Notes under the pieces: model-generated
Told to the model about the DNA's origin: nothing
Database searches by the model: none
The model's input: only the letters and a program-made list of their open reading frames with translations
Shown: piece by piece, positions 1 to 9,515 of the stretch
Position numbering within the stretch: position 1 is the first letter of the stretch
How the letters are laid out: each line of letters starts with the position of its first letter
Position numbers and translations under genes: made by a program
Assembly: GCA_965205655.1 (NCBI GenBank)
Contig: CBDBIJ010000029.1
Location: forward strand, 1-64,000
Direction: 5' to 3'
Source: Candidatus Latescibacterota bacterium
GTDB lineage: Bacteria; Latescibacterota; UBA2968; UBA8231
DNA: 64,000 nucleotides

Positions 1-669
1 GGCGAAGTCTTGCGGGTAGTAGCCGATGGCGCGGCGGCCGTGGTCCATGTCGTATAGCGGCCAGTTGCTGTCGGAAACACCGAAGACCACTTCGTACTTG
101 ACGCCCGGGTGGGTGACGGCCTGTTCAAAGACGCGGACCGCGTCGCCGTGGCTTAAATGGTGCGGGTGCTCGGGCTGGTCGCGGTCGGGGTTAAAGTTGC
201 CGATGCGGACCGAGACCACTTCCATGTCATAGCGATGCGCGAACATGTAGCCCATGCTTTCGCCGAAGATCTTGGAGATGTCGTAGGTGCTGCGCGGCAG
301 CGGGTGCATGTCCATGGTACGAGTCTGGTCTTCAGGGTGGGAGCCCAACAGCCCGGCGCGCGAGGCAAAGGCGACCCGGCGGACCTTGTTCTGGCGAGCC
401 GCCTCAAAGACCTTGTAGGTGCCGTCGTAATTGGTTTCAAGCATCAATTCCCATTCCCGCTCGCCGCCGAAACTGCCCAGGTGAATGACGGCGTCCATAT
501 CCCTGGCTGCTAACAGCAAGGCGTCCAGGTCGGCGACGCTGCCGACCACGGCGTCTTCCAACGCGGGCATGGGCTCGCGGTCAAAGCCGCGAATCTGGTG
601 GCGTTGCTTAAGCCCGGCGGCGACGATGCGGCCGACGCGGCCGGCGGCGCCGGTGACAAGGATGCGCAT
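1..669 (-). CDS. NAD-dependent epimerase/dehydratase (extended SDR, uronate dehydrogenase-like), 3' end runs off the window
   Basis: Not in ORF track. Manual translation from ATG at 669: MRILVTGAAGRVG...DAVIHLG...NYDGTYKVFEAAR...VAFASR...YDISKIFGE; GxxGxxG and YxxxK motifs; AAAGGAG RBS. Confidence 0.85.
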   Translation of the reverse strand, partial: MRILVTGAAGRVGRIVAAGLKQRHQIRGFDREPMPALEDAVVGSVADLDALLLAARDMDAVIHLGSFGGEREWELMLETNYDGTYKVFEAARQNKVRRVAFASRAGLLGSHPEDQTRTMDMHPLPRSTYDISKIFGESMGYMFAHRYDMEVVSVRIGNFNPDRDQPEHPHHLSHGDAVRVFEQAVTHPGVKYEVVFGVSDSNWPLYDMDHGRRAIGYYPQDFA

Positions 670-794
670 GGATGATCTCCTTTGAAACTTCTATAGTTAT
701 GGATTCAGTAGCGATTTTGACTATCATAATGCCCGCTTATCATTTAACCGCAACCTACCCTCTGGGGTCAGGCAGAGGCTTTGTTTCCGAGGGA

Positions 795-2223
795 GGTCAA
801 GGCCCAGTTTCAGTTGAAACAAATCACAGGATCGGGTGAGTGTGTCAGCCCATCATCGCGAGCTGTTTGATGCCGAGTTCGGCTTGTATGGCTTGCCGGA
901 GCATCGGCAGATGGCGATAGCCCTTGACCCTGCGCAGACGTGGTTCGATGTCGAGCAGTGCCGTGGCTACCCAACGGTGACGCTGTGATGAGTTGGTCCA
1001 GCGTCGCACGTTGTGTGTGAGCTGCTCCAGGAGACTGTTGACGTTCTCGATGCAGTTGGTGGTGCGGAAGGAATCCTTGAGCATCGGCGTCAGTCCCAAC
1101 CGATGGAGTGTGAGGGTCTCTTCCATGCCTTCCTCGAGGCTGTGTAGGGCGGACTGATTCATCAACTTCAAGCCCGGTTTGAGCGCGTCCAGTGCCGCCT
1201 TGGCCGCCTCGTATCTCGGTTTGCCGTAGGCCGCCTCCATCTTGCGACCCATACCGGACTGCTCGCTCTTGGACAGATACGACACGACGTTCTGGCGCTT
1301 GTGATACTGGCAGCGCTGCACGCAGGCATGTCCTTTGAGCACCGACATCACCGCCTTGTAAAGCCCCTTGGCGCCGTCGATGACGACCAACAGTCCGGCT
1401 TCGTACTGCATACCGCGTTCGACCAGATCGGACAGGAAGCGACGGCAGACGCGCTCGTTTTCCGTGGCCGCCTGCACGAAGCCAAGAGGAATCTTCTGTC
1501 CGTCGAGGGTGACGCCCAGGGCGATGATGATCTCCTCGTCCGCGAAGCTCTTGCCGTCGAGGAATAGCGCCACCAGATCATATCCTTCCAGGGATCGCTC
1601 CTGGAATTCAGCCAGCTTTCGAGCCGTGCCTTTCACGTAACGACGGGACACCGATGAGGATGACAGACCAAAGGCCTCGGGTACGGCCTCAGCGCAGGCC
1701 TCGTAGTTGCGCGTGGCGATGCCCTTCAGCATCCGCAACAGCAGACCTTCGTCCATCTGTCGAGGCGTCTGCAGTGCCTGGTAAACATCCAGCGGGACCT
1801 CGGTATGGTTGGCCACGTTGCGCACCCGCGGCACATCGACGGGTAGTTTCTGGTCGGCCAGGTACACCGACCCGAGCTGAGACCCCCAGCGGCGTAACGG
1901 CTGATCCGACCCCTTGCGCTGATACCGCGGCCCAGCCAACTCAACGACCGCTCTTTGCAGCTCCTCCGCGACCGCCTGCAGCCCCAAGGGAATCAGCCAT
2001 TGGATCGCCTCGATCCGGCCATCCAGGTCCTCTACTTGCTCTGCAGTCTCGGGTGCTACCTTGCCGATGCTCACCGTTCGTTTGACGCCCTTCTTCCGTG
2101 CTACCAGCTTGCTCATTGCAGGCTCCCCATCGTTACCGATGCGAGACTTCTTCCAACGGGCTTCTCGTATCAAAACGTAACGATTGGAGCCTGTGCTGTT
2201 TCAACTAAGATCGGGACAAAGCG
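795..2223 (-). mobile_element. IS256-family insertion sequence
   Basis: 26-bp imperfect terminal IRs sharing the core AGTTGAAAC; 8-bp direct repeat CCGAGGGA at 787-794 and 2224-2231; encloses the transposase. Confidence 0.85.
845..2116 (-). CDS. IS256-family (Mutator-type) DDE transposase
   Basis: Motifs LFLDGK, VVIDGAKGL, QRCQYHK, RTTNCIENVN; likely start is the ATG at 2116. Confidence 0.9.
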   Translation of the reverse strand: MSKLVARKKGVKRTVSIGKVAPETAEQVEDLDGRIEAIQWLIPLGLQAVAEELQRAVVELAGPRYQRKGSDQPLRRWGSQLGSVYLADQKLPVDVPRVRNVANHTEVPLDVYQALQTPRQMDEGLLLRMLKGIATRNYEACAEAVPEAFGLSSSSVSRRYVKGTARKLAEFQERSLEGYDLVALFLDGKSFADEEIIIALGVTLDGQKIPLGFVQAATENERVCRRFLSDLVERGMQYEAGLLVVIDGAKGLYKAVMSVLKGHACVQRCQYHKRQNVVSYLSKSEQSGMGRKMEAAYGKPRYEAAKAALDALKPGLKLMNQSALHSLEEGMEETLTLHRLGLTPMLKDSFRTTNCIENVNSLLEQLTHNVRRWTNSSQRHRWVATALLDIEPRLRRVKGYRHLPMLRQAIQAELGIKQLAMMG

Positions 2224-2492
2224 CCGAGGGAACTTAGAACGGAGGAACGACGATGAAAATGGGTCGAACCGTCGATGCAGCCAATCTGGCCGATGAGCGT
2301 TTCCAGAGCGTTTTCGGTATTCCCCAGCCTGGGCGTATTGTGGGATGCAGTGCTCGGAGATATTTGGATGCATGTGCGCCGCTGGATGGACAGTCAGGAG
2401 GTGATGATCGAGTTTACGAGCTTACTGTTCGATCAGGGCGATGTTGAACGGCAACGAGAGCTAAACCACGAAGGACGGAAAGGTGCGCGGGA

Positions 2493-3284
2493 ATGATCAA
2501 GATTGGCAGTAATCATCTCAGTTTGAAGGACACGAGCATCGAGGACTTCATCAAAGTGGCCTATGATCTGAATCTGGATTGTGTCGATTTCCACGAGCGG
2601 AATTTCGAGGACCGGAACCCGGCAACCCTGAGCAGCATCAAGATGCTCTGTCTCCGGCACGGACTCCCGATCGGGTACATCGGTATTAGCATGACGTTCG
2701 TCGGAAACAGCGAGGAGAGGGCAGCGGGCGTGCAAAAGTGCAAAGATGCCATCGACCTCGCCGCCTTCCTCGGTTCAACCCCATCATCCGCGTGTTCTGC
2801 GGCAGAATGCCGGAGAAGAACGGCGACGGTGATGACCCGTGGCCGCCGATGATCAGCAGTTACCAGGAGGTTGCCGATTACGCGGCGGAAAAAGGCATTC
2901 ACGTGGGCCTGCAGAACCATCCGTCCACCGGCGACGACATGATGCGGATCCGCAGTGAAACGGACAGGCCGAATTTCGATTTCATCGTGGACACCGGACA
3001 GTGGATCGGGTCCTACGGCGCCTACCAGGGCGACGACACGCCCGATGTCGATTTCTACAAGGCCATCGAGCTGACCATGCCACACGCCATGTACCTGCGC
3101 ACGAAGTTCTACGAGATCGAGTCTGGTGTAGAGAAGCTCCTCGATTACGAACGCATCGTCCCGATCATCAAGAAGAACAACTACAACGGCTGTATCTCCA
3201 TCGTCTACGAGGGCAAAGCAGAAGACCGCATCAGACCAGGTGCGCAAGGCGGCGAAGTACCTGCGCGAGTTGCTGAAGGACTGA
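2493..3284 (+). CDS. Sugar phosphate isomerase/epimerase (xylose isomerase-like TIM barrel), two apparent frameshifts (~2780, ~3232)
   Basis: Joined frames give ...KDAIDLAAFLG/PIIRVFCG...GLQNH...VDTGQW...ISIVYEG/DQVRKAAKYLRELL; stop TGA 3282-3284. Confidence 0.75.
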
Positions 3285-3318
3285 CCCTCGTCAAAAGCTG
3301 TCAGAATGGGTGGCGTAG

Positions 3319-3729
3319 ATGGTCGACGATACATCCTTCACCAGCATCATTCCGGTGCTGAGCGTGCGGAGTGTCGACGGGAGCATCGAGTACTACACGA
3401 CCGTGCTCGGCTTCGACAAGGATTGGGAATGGCCCTTCGGGGAAGGGGAGAAGACGTTCGGGTCCGTATCGCACGGGGCGGTCACCGTCTTCTTCAACAA
3501 GAGAAAGGACCAAGAGGCGCGGCCATTCTGCGTTTACTACTACGTCAAGGACGTCGACAAACTGAACGAGGTCTACAAGACGGCGGGCGCGAACATCACG
3601 GAGGAACCCACCGACAAGCCGTGGCGTATGCGGGAAATGCTGGTCACGGACCCGGATGGCCACGTGTTGCGAATAGGCTCACCTCTCGAGCATGAGCACG
3701 AGCATGAAGACGGAGGGGAGGATCATTGA
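3319..3729 (+). CDS. VOC/glyoxalase/bleomycin-resistance family protein
   Basis: PVLSVRSVDGSIEYYTTVLGF...EPTDKPWRMREMLVTDPDGHVL; HEHEHE tail. Confidence 0.85.
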   Translation: MVDDTSFTSIIPVLSVRSVDGSIEYYTTVLGFDKDWEWPFGEGEKTFGSVSHGAVTVFFNKRKDQEARPFCVYYYVKDVDKLNEVYKTAGANITEEPTDKPWRMREMLVTDPDGHVLRIGSPLEHEHEHEDGGEDH

Positions 3730-3752
3730 TCGCGCCGGGAGCCGAAGCCATC

Positions 3753-3872
3753 TCAGGTGTTCGTCTTGATGAATCTGGACGAAACCCAACCCTCGACCTC
3801 CGTTCGCACCTTGTACCATCCGTCCTCCTCATCGAGGATGACGACCTTCTGGTCGTTCTTTAACGGGTCTGC
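3753..3872 (-). pseudogene. C-terminal SH3b fragment of the amidase, separated by IS30
   Basis: ADPLKNDQKVVILDEEDGWYKVRTEVEGWVSSRFIKTNT* continues in frame from ...LNIRARPDAGSEKVA once the IS is removed. Confidence 0.85.
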
Positions 3873-3925
3873 AGTATATTCAATTGGTCAATGCAACATT
3901 CTCCCCACTAATCTAATCATAGGAG

Positions 3926-5104
3926 ATGTTGCACATGGCTCAAATGGGACGACCAGGATTGTCCGCGTCACAGAAGTTGGAGGTATGGCGTCGATGGAAG
4001 AGCGGCCAGTCGCATAGCGATATTGGTCGGGCGCTCGGGAAGCATCCGGCGTCGATTCATGGTGTCATCACCGCCAATGGGGGCATCGTACCAATGCCGC
4101 GTCGACGCTCTCGATGGGCTCTTGCCTGGGAAGAGCGTGAAGAGATCTCTCGAGGTATCGCTGCGGGAAAATCGATACGAATAATTGCGGCCGCTGTTGA
4201 GCGTGCACCCTCGACGGTTAGCCGAGAGATTGCCCGCAATGGCGGGCGGCAAAGGTACCGAGCAAACGTCGCCGACCAAGCAGCCTGGACGCGCGCCAGC
4301 CGGCCGAAATGCTGCCGACTCGCATCCAATCTTCGTTTGCGGCGAGTCGTGGCGGACAAGCTACGCCTGAAGTGGTCACCTGAGCAGATATCGGGATGGC
4401 TGAAGCGGGAGTATGCGCTTTTAGGAAATATGCAGATATCCCACGAAACGATCTATCGAACTCTCTTCATCCAGGCACGCGGGGCACTCAACAAGGACCT
4501 CATTGCGCATCTGCGGACGCGAAGGATGATGCGGCGATCCAAGAAGGCAAGCACACGCGATCAGCCGAGAGGCCGGATCGTCGACGCCGTATCCATCAGC
4601 GAGCGGCCTGCCGAGATCGAGGACCGCGCCGTTCCCGGCCACTGGGAGGGAGACTTGATCTCGGGGTCGAACAACACGCACATCGCCACGTTGGTGGAGC
4701 GGCAGTCTCGGTTCACGATGCTCGTGAAGCTCAACGGCAAAGACACCGAGACCGTTGTCAGAGCGCTGATCAGCCAGGTGAAACGACTCCCCTCCGCGGT
4801 GCGGTTGTCCCTTACCTGGGATCGAGGAATGGAGCTAGCTCGGCACAAGGAGTTCTCGATCGCAACTGACGTCGAGGTGTATTTCTGTGATCCTCAGAGT
4901 CCCTGGCAACGAGGCACAAATGAGAACACGAATCGCCTTCTTCGACAGTACTTCCCGAGGAAGACCGATCTGTCGCTATTCTCCCAAGCCGACCTGAACA
5001 GAGTCGCTCTTCAACTGAACCAGCGCCCGCGGAAGACGTTGGGGTTCGTTTCACCCGCAGAACGCTTCAATGAAGGTGTTGCGTTGACGAAGGTGTTGCG
5101 TTGA
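3926..5104 (+). CDS. IS30-family transposase
   Basis: WSPEQI, SHETIY, PGHWEGDL, LTWDRG, PWQRGTNENTNRLLRQYFP motifs. Confidence 0.95.
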   Translation: MLHMAQMGRPGLSASQKLEVWRRWKSGQSHSDIGRALGKHPASIHGVITANGGIVPMPRRRSRWALAWEEREEISRGIAAGKSIRIIAAAVERAPSTVSREIARNGGRQRYRANVADQAAWTRASRPKCCRLASNLRLRRVVADKLRLKWSPEQISGWLKREYALLGNMQISHETIYRTLFIQARGALNKDLIAHLRTRRMMRRSKKASTRDQPRGRIVDAVSISERPAEIEDRAVPGHWEGDLISGSNNTHIATLVERQSRFTMLVKLNGKDTETVVRALISQVKRLPSAVRLSLTWDRGMELARHKEFSIATDVEVYFCDPQSPWQRGTNENTNRLLRQYFPRKTDLSLFSQADLNRVALQLNQRPRKTLGFVSPAERFNEGVALTKVLR

Positions 5105-5105
5105 C
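5072..5105. repeat. 17-bp tandem duplication (GAAGGTGTTGCGTTGAC x2) at the IS30 right end
   Basis: Exact copies at 5072-5088 and 5089-5105. Confidence 0.9.
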
Positions 5106-5119
5106 TGGTTGAACTCGCG

Positions 5120-5833
5120 TGCCACCTTCTCGCTCCCGGCATCGGGGCGGGCGCGGATATTCAAGGTCGTGCTCACGGTCACCGTGCCGTTGACGGGGAA
5201 CTCGTCATCCTCGTCTTCCAGCTGATTGCGGCCAGCCGCTAGAACCTCATTCCTGAGCTTGTCCAGCGGAAACGCCGGACCCGGATCTTGTTTGCGACCG
5301 GGCGATACCTCTTCGTGCCCCAGAATGTGCTCTATGTCGTATTCGGCCACGAGCGTTTCGCAGAGACGCTCGACGGATTCAATCTGCTCCCTGGTGTATC
5401 GGTGCCAGAATCTTTGGGTCGTTTCCTGATTTCTGTGCGTCGCCTCGACTACATTTCGAGGGACGACCTCCTGGTCAAACCAGGTCGTATAGATGTCGCC
5501 GACTCCGGTTAGCCAGCCTGGATTGTCCATCTCGACACCGATCGAATACCGGTTGAACCACTTCCGCCCTTTGTATTCGCTCTTGCCGGCGTGCCAGCCA
5601 ACCAGATTGAAATCGAGTAATTGTGCGATCTTGCCGTCTCTGCCTACGACGATATGCGCCGAGGCCTGCTTGTCAGACTCGGCCAGAGTTCTGATCGCCG
5701 CCTCCATACCGCGTGAGCCTGTATAGTGAATGAGAATCGTGTCGGGCATGGAATCCGAAAATGGGCCGCTATGCTTTTGGGTGGATCTGTGATCTACGTC
5801 TGGGTCTGTAAGACGGTGATTGCTGATGTCCAT
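5120..5833 (-). pseudogene. N-acetylmuramoyl-L-alanine amidase (Amidase_2/AmpD-like) with SH3b domain, interrupted by IS30
   Basis: ILIHYT, SAHIVV, WHAGKS, NRYSIGVE, GHEEVSPGRKQDPG motifs; SH3b begins LNIRARP. Confidence 0.88.
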
Positions 5834-6143
5834 GCTGCCTCCTGTATTTCCTGAGCCGCTGCTCTAAGGGCGCCGGAATCTGCAGCGAGCAATTGCCACA
5901 CGTTCATCTACGCGGGCAGGTCATGGATCGAGCACACTCCGTATCACGCTAAGCGGGAAGTTACGGCTTTGTTGGAGGTGGGGACACAGTATCCGCTGAG
6001 CGCTCGCGCCGCTGCATAATGACTGACGGCCCGGTCTGCCGTCATCCCTCCGGCCCCCTTGTCCGCCCCCCGCAGATGTCTTACATCTTCAGTTTGATGC
6101 ACCCTTGAGACCGGGAGATCACCTACCAATAGGGGAGGGTACC

Positions 6144-7529
6144 ATGCCACAGCCTCGCGCGTTGAGGTGTCTCGCCAGGGAGCGGGCGCCCACTTCATCC
6201 AGGGGGTGGATGAGATGGGCCGCCGTCGCACTGCTGGCGGTTTTTGCACTACCAGGGTCGGCGTCCGCCGACGGACTCGACAGCGGCGACACAGCCTGGA
6301 TGCTGACATCCACGGCCCTCGTGTTGTTCATGACCATTCCGGGTCTGTCCCTGTTCTACGCGGGCCTCGTCCGGGTCAAGAACGTGCTGTCGGTGCTGAT
6401 GCAGTGCTTCGCCATCACCGCCATCATGACCATAGTCTGGGTCCTCTGGGGCTACAGCCTCGCCTTCGACACGACCGGGATGGAGGCGGGCGTCATGAAC
6501 CTCAGTTCCTTCGTCGGCGGCTTCGGCATGGCGTTCATGCGTGGCATCGGAGCGGATTCCATGTCGGGGACGATTCCGGAGACCGTCTTCATCACCTTCC
6601 AGATGACTTTCGCCATCATCACGCCGGCTCTGATCGTGGGTGCTTTCGCCGAGCGCATGAAGTTCTCGGCCACCGTCCTGTTCATGATCATCTGGTCGAC
6701 TGTCGTCTATGCCCCGATCTGTCACATGGCCTGGTCCGGTGACGGCTCGCTGTTCGGCGACCTCTGGGGTTCGCTGGACTTCGCCGGCGGCACGGTCGTC
6801 CACATCAACGCCGGCGTCGCCGCCCTGGTGGCGTGCCTGATGGTGGGCAAGCGCAGGGGGTATCCCGAGCAACCTATCCCGCCTCACAGCCTCACACTCA
6901 CCTTCGTGGGAGCCTGTATGCTGTGGGTCGGCTGGTTCGGCTTCAACGCCGGCAGCGCCGTGGCAGCCGATGGCGCCGCCGGCATGGCGATGCTGGTGAC
7001 TCAGGTTGCCACCGCCACCGCCGCCGTCGCCTGGATGCTCGTCGAGTGGATGAAGCACGGCAAGCCAAGCGTTCTCGGCATTGCCACCGGCGCCGTGGCC
7101 GGCCTCGTGGCCATCACCCCGGCTTCGGGCAGCGTCGGCCCAATGGGCGCGCTCATCGTCGGTGCAGCGGCGGGTGTCATCTGCTTCTGGGCCGCCACCA
7201 GTCTCAAGCAGGCTCTCGGATACGACGATTCCCTCGATGCCTTCGGCGTGCACGCTGTCGGTGGCGTCGTCGGCGCTCTGCTGACCGGCATCCTCGTCGC
7301 CGAAGGGTGGGGAGGAATGGGTCTCGGCGAGGGCGTGTCGATCGGACAGCAGTTCTGGGCCCAGGTCAAGGCCGTCGTCTTTACCATCGTCTATTGCGGC
7401 GTGCTTTCCTTCATCATCCTGAAAATCGTGGATGCCATCGTGGGTCTGCGGGTCGACGAGGAGGAGGAGGAGCAGGGACTGGACGTGTCACTGCACAACG
7501 AGCAGGGCTACTACCTCGATCGGCAGTAA
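6144..7529 (+). CDS. amtB: Ammonium/methylammonium transporter (Amt family)
   Basis: GDTAWML, FQMTFAIIT, DFAGGTVVH, WFGFNAGS, DDSLDAFGVH; GGGGAGG RBS before ATG 6144. Confidence 0.95.
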   Translation: MPQPRALRCLARERAPTSSRGWMRWAAVALLAVFALPGSASADGLDSGDTAWMLTSTALVLFMTIPGLSLFYAGLVRVKNVLSVLMQCFAITAIMTIVWVLWGYSLAFDTTGMEAGVMNLSSFVGGFGMAFMRGIGADSMSGTIPETVFITFQMTFAIITPALIVGAFAERMKFSATVLFMIIWSTVVYAPICHMAWSGDGSLFGDLWGSLDFAGGTVVHINAGVAALVACLMVGKRRGYPEQPIPPHSLTLTFVGACMLWVGWFGFNAGSAVAADGAAGMAMLVTQVATATAAVAWMLVEWMKHGKPSVLGIATGAVAGLVAITPASGSVGPMGALIVGAAAGVICFWAATSLKQALGYDDSLDAFGVHAVGGVVGALLTGILVAEGWGGMGLGEGVSIGQQFWAQVKAVVFTIVYCGVLSFIILKIVDAIVGLRVDEEEEEQGLDVSLHNEQGYYLDRQ

Positions 7530-7563
7530 CCCCTGACAACCAGCTAGCGATCTGCTGACATAA

Positions 7564-7914
<351 letters not shown>

Positions 7915-7958
7915 GGTTCGGCGTCTGGCAAATCCGCTAACGGCTGCATCCCGATGGG

Positions 7959-9236
7959 GTGCAGCCGTTTCCTTTCACCCTCCACCGAATCGCGACTCCA
8001 TTGTCTCTCAAGCTCCTCAGGCAGGGCCTCAGCGGCCGGCCGCCGAAGCGGATGTGGCACTCACACCCGCTCAAGGACCGCTACGACGTCGTCATCGTCG
8101 GCGGCGGCGCACACGGACTCGCCTGTGCCTACTACCTGGCCGCCGAGCACGGCATCACGGATGTAGCGGTGCTCGAGAAGAGCTACATCGGCGCCGGCGG
8201 CAGCGGCCGCAACACCGCCATCATCCGCTCGAACTACCTCACCGCCGAGGGCACCAGATTCTACGACGAAAGCGTCCGTCTGTATGAGCGCCTTGCGCTC
8301 GAGCTCGACTTCAACGTCATGTTCAGCCAGCGCGGCCACCTGACGCTGGCTCACACGGATGGCTCGGTGCGGACGATGAGGCGAAGGGCCGAGGTCAACC
8401 GACTCCAGGGTGTTCAGTCCCACCTGATCTGGCCCGAGGAGATCGGCCGCCTCTGCCCCCAGCTCGATCTGAGCGATGAGCCGCGATATCCGATTCTGGC
8501 GGCGCTCTATCATCCCCCCGGCGGCATCATCCGCCACGACGCCGTCGTCTGGGGCTACGCCCATCAGGCCGACGCCCGCGGTGTCCACATTCATCAACAA
8601 ACGGAGGTGACGGCAATTCAGACACAGCGAGGAGGGGTCACCTCCGTACAGACGAGCAGGGGGCGCATTGCCACGGAAACCGTGCTGAACGCAACCGCCG
8701 GCTGGGCTTCCACCATAGCCTCGATGGCCGGGCTCGAGCTGCCGCTGGAGACTTTCCCGCTCCAGGCCTGCGTCACTGAGCCGCTCAAGCCGTTCCTCGA
8801 TGTCGTCATCGTGTCCGGTAGTCTGCACACCTACGTGAGTCAATCGGATCGCGGCGAGCTGGTGATGGGAGCGAGCGTCGATGCCTTCACCTCGTATTCG
8901 ATGAACTCGTCGCTCGATTTTCTGGAGGGGATCGCCGGCCATGTGCTGGAACTTTTTCCCTTTCTCGCCAAGGTGCGGGTATTGCGGCAGTGGGCCGGGC
9001 TGTGTGAGCTGCCGCCCGATTTCTCACCACTGATGGGATTCACCCCGGTGAAGGGGTTTCTCTTGGATGTCGGTTGGGGGACCTACGGCTTCAAGGCCTC
9101 CCCGATCTGCGGCAAGACCATGGCGGAGGTGATCGCCACCGGCCGTACCCCCGCTCTCATCGAACCGTTCAGACTGTCGCGCTTCGACGAGTTCGATCTC
9201 GTCGGCGAAAAAGCCGCGGCGTCGGTGGGGAACTGA
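7959..9236 (+). CDS. mgdA: N-methylglutamate dehydrogenase / sarcosine oxidase beta-type FAD subunit
   Basis: GGGAHG, GSGRNTAIIRSNYL, HDAVVWGYA, GWGTYGFKA; context next to gmaS favours mgd over sox; start uncertain. Confidence 0.8.
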   Translation: MQPFPFTLHRIATPLSLKLLRQGLSGRPPKRMWHSHPLKDRYDVVIVGGGAHGLACAYYLAAEHGITDVAVLEKSYIGAGGSGRNTAIIRSNYLTAEGTRFYDESVRLYERLALELDFNVMFSQRGHLTLAHTDGSVRTMRRRAEVNRLQGVQSHLIWPEEIGRLCPQLDLSDEPRYPILAALYHPPGGIIRHDAVVWGYAHQADARGVHIHQQTEVTAIQTQRGGVTSVQTSRGRIATETVLNATAGWASTIASMAGLELPLETFPLQACVTEPLKPFLDVVIVSGSLHTYVSQSDRGELVMGASVDAFTSYSMNSSLDFLEGIAGHVLELFPFLAKVRVLRQWAGLCELPPDFSPLMGFTPVKGFLLDVGWGTYGFKASPICGKTMAEVIATGRTPALIEPFRLSRFDEFDLVGEKAAASVGN

Positions 9237-9239
9237 ACG

Positions 9240-9515
9240 ATGCTGCTGTTGAGCTGTCCCAACTGCGGCGAGCGCAACGTGAGCGAGTTCCGCTACGGCG
9301 GCGAATACAACCCCCGACCGCCAAGCCCTCTGGTGACGAGTCACGAGGAGTGGGTGCGCTACCTCTACTCCCGTCGCAATCCTTCAGGACCCGAGGAAGA
9401 GTGGTGGTTTCACCAGGCCGGTTGCGAGCTGTGGTTTCTGGCGCAGCGTCACAGGAAGACGAATGAGGTGATCAAGACCTTCGTGTGGGACGAACGGAGG
9501 GCGCCGGCTGAATGA
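9240..9515 (+). CDS. mgdB: N-methylglutamate dehydrogenase / sarcosine oxidase delta-type subunit
   Basis: CPNCGER..EFRYGGE...EWWFH..GC. Confidence 0.8.
   Translation: MLLLSCPNCGERNVSEFRYGGEYNPRPPSPLVTSHEEWVRYLYSRRNPSGPEEEWWFHQAGCELWFLAQRHRKTNEVIKTFVWDERRAPAE

Larger units (their letters stand above)
3873..5119 (+). mobile_element. IS30-family insertion sequence
   Basis: IR cores TTCAATTGGTCAATGCAACA and (reverse complement) TTCAACCAGTCAACGCAACA, 16/20 match; 3-bp DR TGC at 3870-3872 and 5120-5122. Confidence 0.88.

Noticed and set aside
2253..2496. Short ORFs after IS256
   Set aside because: An RBS precedes 2253, but two overlapping frames give no recognisable protein; cannot be supported
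5834..6143. Sigma54 promoter or riboswitch upstream of amt
   Set aside because: Only a short hairpin (TGACGGC...GCCGTCA); no well-spaced GG-N10-GC consensus or known aptamer seen
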